A stretch of 64,000 nt of DNA, taken from positions 132,891-196,890 of the forward strand of contig CAAGPV010000012.1 in NCBI GenBank assembly GCA_900771975.1, read 5' to 3'. Positions within the stretch are counted from its first letter, which is position 1, and the number at the start of each line of letters is the position of its first letter. A model generated the notes under the pieces. That model was not told where the DNA came from. It made no database searches and was given only the letters and a program-made list of their open reading frames with translations. Made by a program: the position numbers and the translations under genes. The stretch comes from an uncultured Prevotella sp. (GTDB lineage Bacteria > Bacteroidota > Bacteroidia > Bacteroidales > Bacteroidaceae). Of the stretch, positions 49,261 to 58,715 are shown in pieces.

Positions 49261-50205
49261 ATGCGAAAAGTTATTGGAATAGGAGAAACAGTTCTTGACA
49301 TTATCTTCCGCAACAACCAACCCATTGCAGCGGTTGCCGGAGGCTCATCGTTTAATGCTTTGACTTCCCTCAGCAGGGCAGGGGTGAAAGTTTCGTTTAT
49401 CTCTGAGGTAGGAAACGACAGAGTGGGCGAAACCATTATGAAGTTTTTGAAAGATAATGGCATTGGAACAGAAGGCGTAAGTGTTTTCCCTGAATCAAAG
49501 TCTCCGCTTTCCTTGGCTTTCCTTAATGAGCACAATGAGGCCGATTATGTCTTTTACAAAGACCATCCCCATGACAGGTTGGAGTTTGGAAGCCCTGATA
49601 TACAACCCGATGACATCATTCTTTTTGGCTCTTTCTTTGCAGTCAATCCAGTCATACGCGGACAGGTAATGGCTTTGTTGGAGCATGCGCGCAGTAGAGG
49701 AGCCATTATCTATTATGATGTAAACTACCGTTCGTCCCATAAAGACGAGGTAATCAAGATTACAGCCAACCTTCTTGAGAACTTGGATTATGCAGATATC
49801 GTTCGTGGAAGCAACGAAGACTTCTCTAATCTCTTCAAGATGGACGATGTGGACAAAGTTTACGAATCGGAAATCTCTTTTTACTGCAAACGCTTTATCT
49901 ATACTCAGGGGGCTCATCAGGTGGAGTTGCGGGCCGAAAACGGTTTTAGAAAGAGCTATCCGGTGCCTTCTACAACTACCGTAAGCACCATTGGTGCCGG
50001 TGATAATTTCAATGCAGGTTTCATATTTGGACTCTTAAAACTCGGCATCACTCGTCCGATGCTTGAAGCGGGCCTTACCGAAAGTCAGTGGGACGGCCTT
50101 ATCGGTTATGCCGAACGTTTTTCGGCAGAGTGCTGCAAAGACATCTATAACTATGTTTCTCCTGCTTTTGGTGCAGAGATGAAGCAGGAATTGACTGCGG
50201 AATGA
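49261..50205 (+). CDS. PfkB-family carbohydrate kinase (fructokinase/ribokinase-like)
   Basis: N-terminal GG motif VIGIGETVLDII...AAVAGGSSFNA and C-terminal anion-hole TIGAGDNFNAGFIFGL. Start at ATG 49261, downstream of a TATCTTTG box at ~49228. Confidence 0.8.
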   Translation: MRKVIGIGETVLDIIFRNNQPIAAVAGGSSFNALTSLSRAGVKVSFISEVGNDRVGETIMKFLKDNGIGTEGVSVFPESKSPLSLAFLNEHNEADYVFYKDHPHDRLEFGSPDIQPDDIILFGSFFAVNPVIRGQVMALLEHARSRGAIIYYDVNYRSSHKDEVIKITANLLENLDYADIVRGSNEDFSNLFKMDDVDKVYESEISFYCKRFIYTQGAHQVELRAENGFRKSYPVPSTTTVSTIGAGDNFNAGFIFGLLKLGITRPMLEAGLTESQWDGLIGYAERFSAECCKDIYNYVSPAFGAEMKQELTAE

Positions 50206-51272
50206 CCGTTCGGGCCATTGACATCCAATCGCAAGTGATAACTTTCTTGCGGTTTCCGTTGGTAATGTGTGTTCTCTTTGTACATGCCAACTTTATAGGG
50301 ATGTTCCCCGATGAAGCCAGTTTTCGCTTTGCTCCTCAGGTCTGTGAGTTTGTGTCAACGCGCATAGCCCCTATTGCCAATCCGTTTTTCTTCTTTCTGT
50401 CGGGCCTGTTGTTTTTTCGGGAAGGGAACTTCTCCTGGACAATTTATCGCCAAAAGGTGTCTCGCAGGGTGCATACGTTGTTGCTTCCCTATTTGCTTTG
50501 GAATACCATCTACTTGTTGTTGCTCTTCGTGGGAGAAAGTATCATATCTGGGTGGACGGCCATTGTTGATAAACCCATAGTTAGTTTCACGGTTACAGAC
50601 TGGATAAATGCGTTTTGGAACATTTCCATGATAGGCCACCAAGGCGGTCTTGCGGCTCCTGTCAATATTCCCTTCTGGTTTGTCCGCGATCTGTTGGTTC
50701 TTGTCGCGTTGGCTCCTATATTCTATTATGTACTCTCCGGCTTTCGCCGTTTGCCCCAGTCGGTCCAGAACCTCTTGCTCTTGGGCCTTTTGATGGCAGC
50801 CGACTGGTGGTCGTTATGGCCAACAATGTTGGCAACATCAAGTTTGTTTTTTGCTTGTGGCGCCTATTTTGGATTAAAACAGACCAATCTTGTGGTGTCA
50901 ATGAGCCGTTACCAACCGGCTTTGTGGATGTCTGCTTTGTTGATGTTTTACTACCATTGCGACAATACCGCCTACCTGTTGGTTATCCTTGCACTCTTTC
51001 CCGTAGTGGGAAAGATGCTTGAAAAAGGGCGTTGGAATGTTTCTTTTCTGCTTTCGAGGGGCTCGTTTTTTGTCATAGGTTACCATTATCTGTTGTTAGG
51101 AGTGCTTCTTGCTTTGCTCGGACGCATAGTCGTGACACCTCGTGGCGAGTTCATAGCATTGTTTTGTTATGTCTTCGTTCCTCTGATACTGGCTTTCGTA
51201 GGCTATCTTCTCTACGTTGTTATGGAGCGTTTGTGCCCTTGTGTGCTTCGCGTGCTTACAGGCTTTCGATGA
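50202..51272 (+). CDS. Acyltransferase family 3 (integral-membrane O-acyltransferase)
   Basis: About 10 TM helices and the N-terminal FLRFPLVMCVLFVHAN motif typical of Acyl_transf_3. ATGA overlap with the pfkB stop. Confidence 0.7.
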   Translation: MTVRAIDIQSQVITFLRFPLVMCVLFVHANFIGMFPDEASFRFAPQVCEFVSTRIAPIANPFFFFLSGLLFFREGNFSWTIYRQKVSRRVHTLLLPYLLWNTIYLLLLFVGESIISGWTAIVDKPIVSFTVTDWINAFWNISMIGHQGGLAAPVNIPFWFVRDLLVLVALAPIFYYVLSGFRRLPQSVQNLLLLGLLMAADWWSLWPTMLATSSLFFACGAYFGLKQTNLVVSMSRYQPALWMSALLMFYYHCDNTAYLLVILALFPVVGKMLEKGRWNVSFLLSRGSFFVIGYHYLLLGVLLALLGRIVVTPRGEFIALFCYVFVPLILAFVGYLLYVVMERLCPCVLRVLTGFR

Positions 51273-51792
51273 GTTTTGTAACGTCTTCCAGCGTATCGGC
51301 CACTTTAATGCGCTCGTTCCATTGTCCGCGAATAAACCCGCGGCCTTGCATATCGTTGAGCATGGCAATGGTTGAATTCCAAAAACCCTTCATGTTGTAG
51401 AGTATTACAACCTTGTTGTGGTAGCCAATGCTTGCCGCTGCAGCTACGGTGAATATCTCGTCGAGAGTGCCAAGTCCGCCTGGCAAAGCCACAAATACAT
51501 CGCTTTGTGCAACAATCAGGTCTTTTCTGTCGCTCAGATTGTCGCAGGGAATTTCCACGTCCAATATTTTTGAGACTTTCCCTCTTTGCTCGATAATGCT
51601 TGGGACAACTCCTATGATGGTGGCTCCTGCAGACTTTCCTGTTTCTGAAACGCACTTCATAAGTCCAAAGTCGCAACCGCCAAAAACGATGGAATGGCCG
51701 TTTTTGCCACACCAACGGCCCAATTCTTCGGTTGCAGCAAAAAAGTCGGGATCAATATTGTCGTTGGCCGAACAGTAAATACCTATTTTCAT
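51256..51792 (-). CDS. LOG-family protein (cytokinin riboside 5'-monophosphate phosphoribohydrolase / TIGR00730)
   Basis: MKIGIYCSA...IVFGGCDFGLM...VALPGGLGTLDEIFT (PGGxGTxxE motif). The start is refined to the internal Met. Confidence 0.85.
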   Translation of the reverse strand: MKIGIYCSANDNIDPDFFAATEELGRWCGKNGHSIVFGGCDFGLMKCVSETGKSAGATIIGVVPSIIEQRGKVSKILDVEIPCDNLSDRKDLIVAQSDVFVALPGGLGTLDEIFTVAAAASIGYHNKVVILYNMKGFWNSTIAMLNDMQGRGFIRGQWNERIKVADTLEDVTKLIESL

Positions 51793-51936
51793 GTGTCTAA
51801 AATGTTGTACTTGAATTTGTTGGAATATTGTTTTCTGTCTCTCGTGCAAAGGTACAAAAAAAGCAATATATACGTCGATTGATGCTGAAAAATAGCATTT
51901 CTGCTTTGAACGGCGGCCTAACCCATTTATTTTCAC

Positions 51937-51944
51937 TATCTTTG
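51937..51944 (+). promoter_or_regulatory. -7 box TATCTTTG for deaD
   Basis: Matches the TAnnTTTGCA consensus and predicts a TSS at ~51951. No in-frame ATG occurs before the TTG at 51968. Confidence 0.5.
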
Positions 51945-51967
51945 CACCCAATAAAATACATTATAAT

Positions 51968-53803
51968 TTGAAGACATTTGCAGAATTGGGCGTCTCCGAA
52001 GAGATTCGTAGAGCCATTGAAGAATTAGGATTTGAGCAGCCTATGCCTGTTCAAGAAGCAGTAATCCCTTATCTTTTAGGAAATCGTAACGATGTAATTG
52101 CCTTGGCCCAAACGGGAACGGGTAAGACAGCCGCTTTCGGAATACCACTCCTTCAGCGCATAGACACCAACTCAAAGGAAACTCAAGCCATTGTCTTGAG
52201 CCCAACTCGCGAGCTTTGTCTTCAGATTGCAGACGACTTGAACGACTTTGCCAAGTATATTCCACACATGCATATCGAGGCCGTTTATGGTGGGGCAAGT
52301 ATCGAGACACAGATTCGTGCTTTGCGTAAAGGCGTACAAATCATAGTGGCCACCCCGGGACGACTTATCGATTTGATGCATCGTGGCAAGGCAAACCTTT
52401 CCCATGTGCGTAATGTTGTGCTCGATGAGGCTGACGAAATGCTCAATATGGGCTTCTCTGACAGTATCAACGAAATCTTTGAAGGTGTGCCCGTGGACCG
52501 CAACACGTTGCTCTTCTCGGCTACCATGAGCAAGGAAATAGAGAAAATTGCCCTTAATTATCTTCACGACCACAAGGAAATAGTGGTAGGAAGCAGGAAT
52601 GAAGGTGCCGAAAACGTCAATCATATCTACTATATGGTCAACGCCAAAGACAAATATTTGGCCTTAAAGCGCATCGTAGACTACTATCCCAAGATTTTTG
52701 CCATTATCTTTTGCCGTACAAAACGCGAGACACAGGAAATCGCCGACAAGCTTATTAAAGATGGATATAACGCAGAAGCTCTTCATGGAGACCTGTCCCA
52801 ACAACAGCGCGACCTCACCATGCAGAAGTTCCGTAGCCATCTCATCCAACTACTTGTAGCTACCGATGTGGCAGCACGTGGTCTTGATGTAGACGATTTG
52901 ACCCACGTTATCAACTATGGACTGCCCGATGACGTGGAAAACTATACCCACCGAAGTGGTAGAACCGGACGCGCCGGCAAGAAAGGAACCTCTATCAGCA
53001 TCATCCACTCGCGCGAAAAGTTTAAAGTACGCAACATTGAGAAGATTATCGGTAAGGAGTTTGTTGATGGCGAACTGCCTTCACCAGAAGAAATCTGCAA
53101 AAAACAACTTTACAAAGTGATGGACGGCATTATGAAAACGGATGTTGACGACGAGCAGATTGCCCCCTATATGCCAGAAATAATGCGTCAGTTTGAATAT
53201 GTGGATAAAGAAGACATTATCAAAAAGATGGTCACGCTCACTTTCGGACGTTTCCTCGATTATTATAAGAATGCCCCAGAAATACAGAAACCAGTCAGTG
53301 GTAAGAGTTCACGTGACGACCGCAAGGAAGGCAAACGCGGAAATCGTGGCGGCAAGCGAAGTGCAGGTAGAGCGGAAGAAGGCTACCAACGGCTCTTTAT
53401 CAATTTGGGAAAGGATGACGGTTTCTACCCCGGCGAAGTGATGCAGTTTGTCAACAAGCACGTGCATGGCCGCCAAGAGGTGGGTCATATCGACTTGCTG
53501 AGCCGAATCAGCTACATAGAGGTTCCACAGGAAGATGCCCGTAAGGTGATGAAAGCCTTAGACGGAACAACCTATAAGGGAAGAAAAGTGCGTTGCAATG
53601 ATGCCGATAGCCGCTCGACGGCAGGTGGAGAACGTGCTGTCAAACACTCCTCACGAACAAAACAAGAGACGGTTGCCCCTAAACGGAAGTTCAAGAAGGA
53701 TGACTGGATGGCTTTGATGAACGCAAAGACGCCACAGTTGCGTGGAGAAGAACCCGATTTCAGCGAAGAGGGATGGGCACGCCGTCGACCGAAAAAGAAG
53801 TAA
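51968..53803 (+). CDS. deaD: DEAD-box ATP-dependent RNA helicase (DeaD/CsdA-like) with C-terminal DbpA-type RNA-binding domain and Arg/Lys-rich tail; apparent TTG start codon
   Basis: Q-motif FAELGVSEEIRRAIEELGFEQPMPVQ, Walker A AQTGTGKT, DEAD box VLDEADEM, SAT, HRSGRTGRAG, and C-terminal RGG/RK-rich ...RRRPKKK. Confidence 0.9.
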   Translation: MKTFAELGVSEEIRRAIEELGFEQPMPVQEAVIPYLLGNRNDVIALAQTGTGKTAAFGIPLLQRIDTNSKETQAIVLSPTRELCLQIADDLNDFAKYIPHMHIEAVYGGASIETQIRALRKGVQIIVATPGRLIDLMHRGKANLSHVRNVVLDEADEMLNMGFSDSINEIFEGVPVDRNTLLFSATMSKEIEKIALNYLHDHKEIVVGSRNEGAENVNHIYYMVNAKDKYLALKRIVDYYPKIFAIIFCRTKRETQEIADKLIKDGYNAEALHGDLSQQQRDLTMQKFRSHLIQLLVATDVAARGLDVDDLTHVINYGLPDDVENYTHRSGRTGRAGKKGTSISIIHSREKFKVRNIEKIIGKEFVDGELPSPEEICKKQLYKVMDGIMKTDVDDEQIAPYMPEIMRQFEYVDKEDIIKKMVTLTFGRFLDYYKNAPEIQKPVSGKSSRDDRKEGKRGNRGGKRSAGRAEEGYQRLFINLGKDDGFYPGEVMQFVNKHVHGRQEVGHIDLLSRISYIEVPQEDARKVMKALDGTTYKGRKVRCNDADSRSTAGGERAVKHSSRTKQETVAPKRKFKKDDWMALMNAKTPQLRGEEPDFSEEGWARRRPKKK

Positions 53804-53844
53804 CAAATCATCAGAAATATTAGAAATCGACAAAAAAGCAAACT

Positions 53845-55962
53845 ATGTTTAGAAACCTAATGACAACCCTTGCTTGCGCCGTTGCTTTTGGAACGGCGTG
53901 TGCACAAAGCCCGTCTACGCCAACAACGCAGATGGAAATGCTCACAAGAGGTGTGGTGGCAGTCCCTAATGGAAGTGGCAATTTCGTCAGTTGGCGCCTC
54001 TTGGGGACAGACAATCCTCAGACAACAACCTTCAATCTCTATCGTGACGGCTCGTTGATTGCGCAGCACTTGAAGGGAGGAACCTGTTTTGAAGATGCAG
54101 AAGGAACGGCTACAAGCCGTTATCGCGTAGAGACTTTGGAAGATAATCAGGTGACAGAAACCTCGGCAGAAATCACACCTTGGTCAGCTCCTTACCTGCA
54201 ACTGCATTTACAAAAACCCGACCCATCGGTTACAAACAACGACAGTAAGTACACACCCAACGACTGTTCGGCTGCCGATGTGGACGGAGACGGAGAATAT
54301 GAGCTTATTGTGAAGTGGGATCCGTGTGGTTCTATGCCTTCACAAGACAACAGTAAATCTGGTAAAACGGGCAATGTCATATTGGATTGCTATAAGATTT
54401 CAACTGGAAACAGGCTTTGGAGTATCAATCTCGGACCGAACATTCGTGCCGGTGCACACTATACACAGTTCTTGGCATACGACTTTGACGGAGACGGAAA
54501 GGCCGAAATAGTTTGCAAGACCGCCCCATGGTCGAAGGACGGCCAGGGCCATTTCGTTTCGGCTGCAGCCGATGATGCTACCATTAAGGCAGTCAACAAT
54601 AGCAAGTCTTACCGCAACAGCAAAGGATATGTTCTGGACGGTCCTGAATTTTTGACCATTTTCAATGGTGAAACAGGTGCAGCCATCCACACCATCTACT
54701 ATAATCCAAACCGTGGAGGAACGGTAGGAGGTAGCGTATCGGGCTCCAACAAGTCTTTTTGGGGCGACAACTATGGTGGCAGATGCGACCGCTTTCTGGC
54801 TACAGTTGCCTATTTGGGTGGAGCCAATGCTCGTCCGTCTGCTGTAATGGTGCGTGGCTACTATACGAGATGTTATGTTTGGGCCGTTGACTTCGATGGA
54901 CAAAAGCTCAGTACCCGTTGGTTGCACGCTTCGGTCAGCAAGAACAAAGTGGAAGTGACGGATGCTAATGGCAATAAAACTTCCCGCAATTACACCACCA
55001 ACACCGGCAATCTTTCTGCAGGTAGTTGTACCGCATATGGCAACGGCAACCATAACCTGTCTTGTGCAGATGTAGATGGCGACGGGAAAGACGAGATAAT
55101 CATGGGCTCAAGTGCCATCGATGATGACGGCCAGTTGCTCTATGCCACCGGAATGGGTCATGGGGACGCAATGCATTTGGGCGACCTCGACCCTGGCAGG
55201 CCTGGTTTGGAAGTGTTTGAAGTGCACGAAGAGAAAACGCCAGGCTACGGATGGGATTTGCATGATGCTGCAACGGGCGAGATACTCTACTCTGCCAGTG
55301 GCGCAAGCGACAACGGACGTGGACTTGCTGCCGACATAGTGGCTTCTAACGAGGGCTATGAGTTTTGGTCAAGCAACGACCGTGAACTCCGCAGTGCCAT
55401 CACCGGTGATGTAGTGAGCACCAAACACGTCAGTGTGAACTTCCGCATCTATTGGGACGGCGACTTGCAGGACGAGTTGCTTGACGGCACATCGGTGAGC
55501 AAGTTCCGTGATAATTCACTGACATCGTTGGTGGATTTCGCTTCAACAGGCAAGACCCAATCGTGCAATTCCACGAAGAAAACCCCATGCTTGGTGGCCG
55601 ATTTGTTTGGAGACTGGCGTGAAGAGTATGTAGGATGGAGCGGTACGGACAGTTGCACGCTCAACATCTTCACCACAACCCTACCAACCGACTACCGCAT
55701 TCCCACACTGATGCACGACCATACCTACCGTATGGCAATAACATGGCAGCAAAGTGCCTATAACCAACCGCCCCACTTGGGCTACTATTTGCCTTATTAT
55801 GCAGCGTCGTTCACCCCTGATGCTATTCGTGAGGCAACGGTTCAGCCTGTTGGCGCGTCTTCCTCTTATTTCGATTTGGCAGGGCGCAATGTGGGAACCG
55901 ACTGGAATAGGTTGGCTTCGGGAGTGTATATAATAAAAGGAAAGAAATACGTTAAACGGTAA
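53845..55962 (+). CDS. Rhamnogalacturonan lyase-like 8-bladed beta-propeller protein (PL11 family-like) with T9SS CTD
   Basis: Signal peptide. Repeated Ca-binding propeller motifs DVDGDGEYELIVKW, YDFDGDGKAEIVCK and ADVDGDGKDEIIMG. LVADLFGDWREE resembles YesW/YesX. The C-terminus ...YFDLAGRNVGTDWNRLASGVYIIKGKKYVKR is a T9SS CTD. Confidence 0.6.
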   Translation: MFRNLMTTLACAVAFGTACAQSPSTPTTQMEMLTRGVVAVPNGSGNFVSWRLLGTDNPQTTTFNLYRDGSLIAQHLKGGTCFEDAEGTATSRYRVETLEDNQVTETSAEITPWSAPYLQLHLQKPDPSVTNNDSKYTPNDCSAADVDGDGEYELIVKWDPCGSMPSQDNSKSGKTGNVILDCYKISTGNRLWSINLGPNIRAGAHYTQFLAYDFDGDGKAEIVCKTAPWSKDGQGHFVSAAADDATIKAVNNSKSYRNSKGYVLDGPEFLTIFNGETGAAIHTIYYNPNRGGTVGGSVSGSNKSFWGDNYGGRCDRFLATVAYLGGANARPSAVMVRGYYTRCYVWAVDFDGQKLSTRWLHASVSKNKVEVTDANGNKTSRNYTTNTGNLSAGSCTAYGNGNHNLSCADVDGDGKDEIIMGSSAIDDDGQLLYATGMGHGDAMHLGDLDPGRPGLEVFEVHEEKTPGYGWDLHDAATGEILYSASGASDNGRGLAADIVASNEGYEFWSSNDRELRSAITGDVVSTKHVSVNFRIYWDGDLQDELLDGTSVSKFRDNSLTSLVDFASTGKTQSCNSTKKTPCLVADLFGDWREEYVGWSGTDSCTLNIFTTTLPTDYRIPTLMHDHTYRMAITWQQSAYNQPPHLGYYLPYYAASFTPDAIREATVQPVGASSSYFDLAGRNVGTDWNRLASGVYIIKGKKYVKR

Positions 55963-56003
55963 AAAATAGCCCCTCCTGTCATGGGAAGGGGCTCTTAGGC
56001 AAT

Positions 56004-57236
56004 ATGGTACTCAACTACATCTGGATAGCATTCTTTGTTGTTGCCTTTGTGGTAGCATTGTTTAGACTCATCTTTTTGGGCGATACCGAGGTGTTCCCTG
56101 CAATGATGAACTCCACTTTCGACCAGTCGAAGTCGGCTTTCGAGATTTCTATTGGCTTGACAGGTATGCTTGCTTTGTGGTTGGGTGTGATGAAAGTAGG
56201 CGAAAAGGCTGGTCTCGTCAACGTGCTGGCCCGTTTGCTCTCGCCGGTGTTCGGTCGTTTGTTTCCAGACATCCCCAAAGGGCATCCAGCAACCGGCTCC
56301 ATCTTTATGAATATAGCCGCCAATATGCTCGGGTTGGACAATGCCGCCACCCCATTGGGCTTGAAAGCCATGGAGCAACTCCAAACTTTAAATTCCAAAA
56401 AAGACACAGCCACCAATCCAATGATAATGTTTCTGGTGCTGAACACCAGCGGACTGACGCTCATACCCGTCTCGATACTTTCTTATAGGGCGCAACAGGG
56501 AGCTGCCCAACCCACCGACGTCTTCATTCCTATACTGCTTGCCACCTCAGTGGCTACTCTTGCAGGTATCGTTATCACCTCGTTATATCAGAAAATCAAT
56601 CTGTTCAACCGTACGCTGCTGCTAACTCTTGGAGGCTTTTGCCTGTTTTTGTCGGCAGTGGTGTGGGGATTTAGCCTGCTCGACCCCAAGCAAGTAGGAA
56701 CGGTCAGCACTTCTGTAGCGGCGGTTGTGCTGATGACCATCATCACAGGCTTTATCCTTGCCGGTTGGCGTAAGAAAATCAACGTGTATGATGCGTTCAT
56801 CGAAGGAGCCAAAGAGGGCTTTTCAACGGCTGTTCGCATCATTCCCTACCTTGTGGCGTTTCTTGTTGCCATTGGCATCTTTCGTGCTTCGGGCACAATG
56901 GATGCGGTCTTGGATGGGGTGAAGTGGTGTGTGTCATCGCTGGGCTTCAATGCCTCGTTTGTTGACGCTTTGCCAACGGCACTGATGAAACCCCTTTCGG
57001 GCAGTGGAGCACGGGGCATGATGCTGGACACGATGAAGCAGTTTGGTGCTGATTCGTTTGCCGGTAGGCTGAGTTGCCTCTTTCAAGGCTCTACCGACAC
57101 TACCTTTTATATACTTGCTGTCTACTTTGGCAGCATTGGGGTGAGATTTACGCGCCATGCCGTAGTGTGTGGCCTGCTTGCCGACTTGGCTGGCGTTGTT
57201 GCAGCGATAGCCATCGGATATATGTTTTTCGGTTAA
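56004..57236 (+). CDS. Nucleoside-recognition (Gate) domain membrane protein, fused SpmA/SpmB-like
   Basis: Two Gate-domain halves with GLTGMLALWLGVMKVGEKAGLVNVLARLLSPVFGRLFP and a later LSGSGARGMM; polytopic membrane protein. Confidence 0.7.
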   Translation: MVLNYIWIAFFVVAFVVALFRLIFLGDTEVFPAMMNSTFDQSKSAFEISIGLTGMLALWLGVMKVGEKAGLVNVLARLLSPVFGRLFPDIPKGHPATGSIFMNIAANMLGLDNAATPLGLKAMEQLQTLNSKKDTATNPMIMFLVLNTSGLTLIPVSILSYRAQQGAAQPTDVFIPILLATSVATLAGIVITSLYQKINLFNRTLLLTLGGFCLFLSAVVWGFSLLDPKQVGTVSTSVAAVVLMTIITGFILAGWRKKINVYDAFIEGAKEGFSTAVRIIPYLVAFLVAIGIFRASGTMDAVLDGVKWCVSSLGFNASFVDALPTALMKPLSGSGARGMMLDTMKQFGADSFAGRLSCLFQGSTDTTFYILAVYFGSIGVRFTRHAVVCGLLADLAGVVAAIAIGYMFFG

Positions 57237-57243
57237 TTAAAAA

Positions 57244-58692
57244 ATGGCAAATTTAAAGTCTTTAGCTAAGGATACTGCCATCTATGGCATGAGCAGTATC
57301 ATCGGAAGGTTTCTCAACTATTTGTTAGTGCCCCTCTACACGGCACGCATTAGTGCAGCCAGTGGTGGCTATGGTGTCATCACCAATATGTATGCCTACA
57401 CGGCATTGCTATTGGTTATACTGACTTACGGTATGGAAACCACCTTTTTCCGTTATGCCAACAAAACAGATGAAGACCCAAAGAAGGTCTATTCCACCGT
57501 TCTTATCATGGTGGCAACGACCTCATTGGTGTTTGTGGCACTGGTGTTTGCATTCTTGCAACCATTGTCTAATTTCATGGGCTACGCCAACCATCCTTCG
57601 TATGTGTGGGTGATGTTTGTGACGGTGGCGATTGATGCATTCCAGTGCATTCCCTTTGCCTACCTGCGTTACAAGAAACGCCCCATCAAGTTTGCTGCTT
57701 TGAAGCTATTGTTTATAGTGCTTAACATTACTATGAACCTTGTCTACTATCTGTTTATGAAGGGAACAGAGGTGGGATATGCCTTTTACATCAATCTGGT
57801 ATGCACAGGTTCTATCACGTTTTGTTTCTGGAAAGAACTTAAAGGCTTTGCGGGTGGTTTTGACAAAGCCCTGATGAAACGTATGCTTGTCTACTCTTGG
57901 CCGATATTGGTGCTGGGCATCGCCGGCATCCTTAACCAAACTGCCGACAAGATACTTTTTCCTTATGTCTATAAAGGGGCCGATGCACACGCCCAGTTGG
58001 GCATTTATGGTGCTGCCTCAAAGGTAGCTATGATTATGGCCATGATAACCCAAGCCTTCCGTTATGCCTATGAGCCCTTTGTCTTCGGCAAGGCTAAAGA
58101 CAAGGACAACCGTTCCACCTATGCTTCTGCCATGAAGTATTTTGTGGTGTTTACGCTTTTGGCTTTCCTCTGTGTGGTGGGCTATATGGATGTTCTGCGG
58201 CATATCATAGGCCATGATTACTGGCCAGGTTTGAAGGTCGTGCCCATTGTGATGGCAGCGGAAATAATGATGGGTGTCTACTTCAACCTTTCGTTTTGGT
58301 ATAAGCTGATAGACAAGACCATTTGGGGAGCTTATTTCAGTGGCGTGGGATGTGCCGTACTCATTGCCATCAACGTTATCTTTGTGCCGCGGTTTGGCTA
58401 TATGGCCTGCGCTTGGGCTGGTTTTGCCGGTTATGGCACCGCCATGGTGTTGAGCTATGTGGTGGGCCAGAAGAAATATCCCATCAACTATCCAGTAAAG
58501 AGCATCTTGTTGTATGTGCTATTGGGGGCTATCCTTTTTGTGGCCATGACGTTTGCCAACCGTTGCCTCGGCACGGCTATGGCGTTGTCGGTCAATACTT
58601 TACTTATAGCCGTGTATGTGGCCTATCTTGTCAAACGCGATTTCCCGCTCAGCAGTCTTCCTGTTGTAGGCAAGCATTTCCGAAAAAAATAG
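57244..58692 (+). CDS. Oligosaccharide flippase family protein (Wzx/MurJ-like polysaccharide biosynthesis protein)
   Basis: About 14 TM helices and the N-terminus KDTAIYGMSSIIGRFLNYLLVPLYT typical of Polysacc_synt/MATE-like flippases. Confidence 0.7.
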   Translation: MANLKSLAKDTAIYGMSSIIGRFLNYLLVPLYTARISAASGGYGVITNMYAYTALLLVILTYGMETTFFRYANKTDEDPKKVYSTVLIMVATTSLVFVALVFAFLQPLSNFMGYANHPSYVWVMFVTVAIDAFQCIPFAYLRYKKRPIKFAALKLLFIVLNITMNLVYYLFMKGTEVGYAFYINLVCTGSITFCFWKELKGFAGGFDKALMKRMLVYSWPILVLGIAGILNQTADKILFPYVYKGADAHAQLGIYGAASKVAMIMAMITQAFRYAYEPFVFGKAKDKDNRSTYASAMKYFVVFTLLAFLCVVGYMDVLRHIIGHDYWPGLKVVPIVMAAEIMMGVYFNLSFWYKLIDKTIWGAYFSGVGCAVLIAINVIFVPRFGYMACAWAGFAGYGTAMVLSYVVGQKKYPINYPVKSILLYVLLGAILFVAMTFANRCLGTAMALSVNTLLIAVYVAYLVKRDFPLSSLPVVGKHFRKK

Positions 58693-58715
58693 AATATTAT
58701 CAAATTTATAATTCA

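Noticed and set aside
55968-55993. The hairpin agcccctcc...ggaggggct after the PL11 gene, as an intrinsic terminator.
   Set aside because: The stem is present, but it is followed by CTTAGG rather than a U-tract on the + strand, and the A-run on the other side has no minus-strand gene reading into it. It is too weak to call.
58323-58715. The N-terminal 131 codons of the 836-aa track ORF (MGSLFQWRGMCRTHCHQRY...), which would overlap the flippase gene.
   Set aside because: They are out of frame with and overlapping a well-supported flippase CDS. The sequence is Cys/Arg-rich nonsense. The genuine S46 peptidase begins with a signal peptide plus the DEGMW hallmark at ATG 58716.
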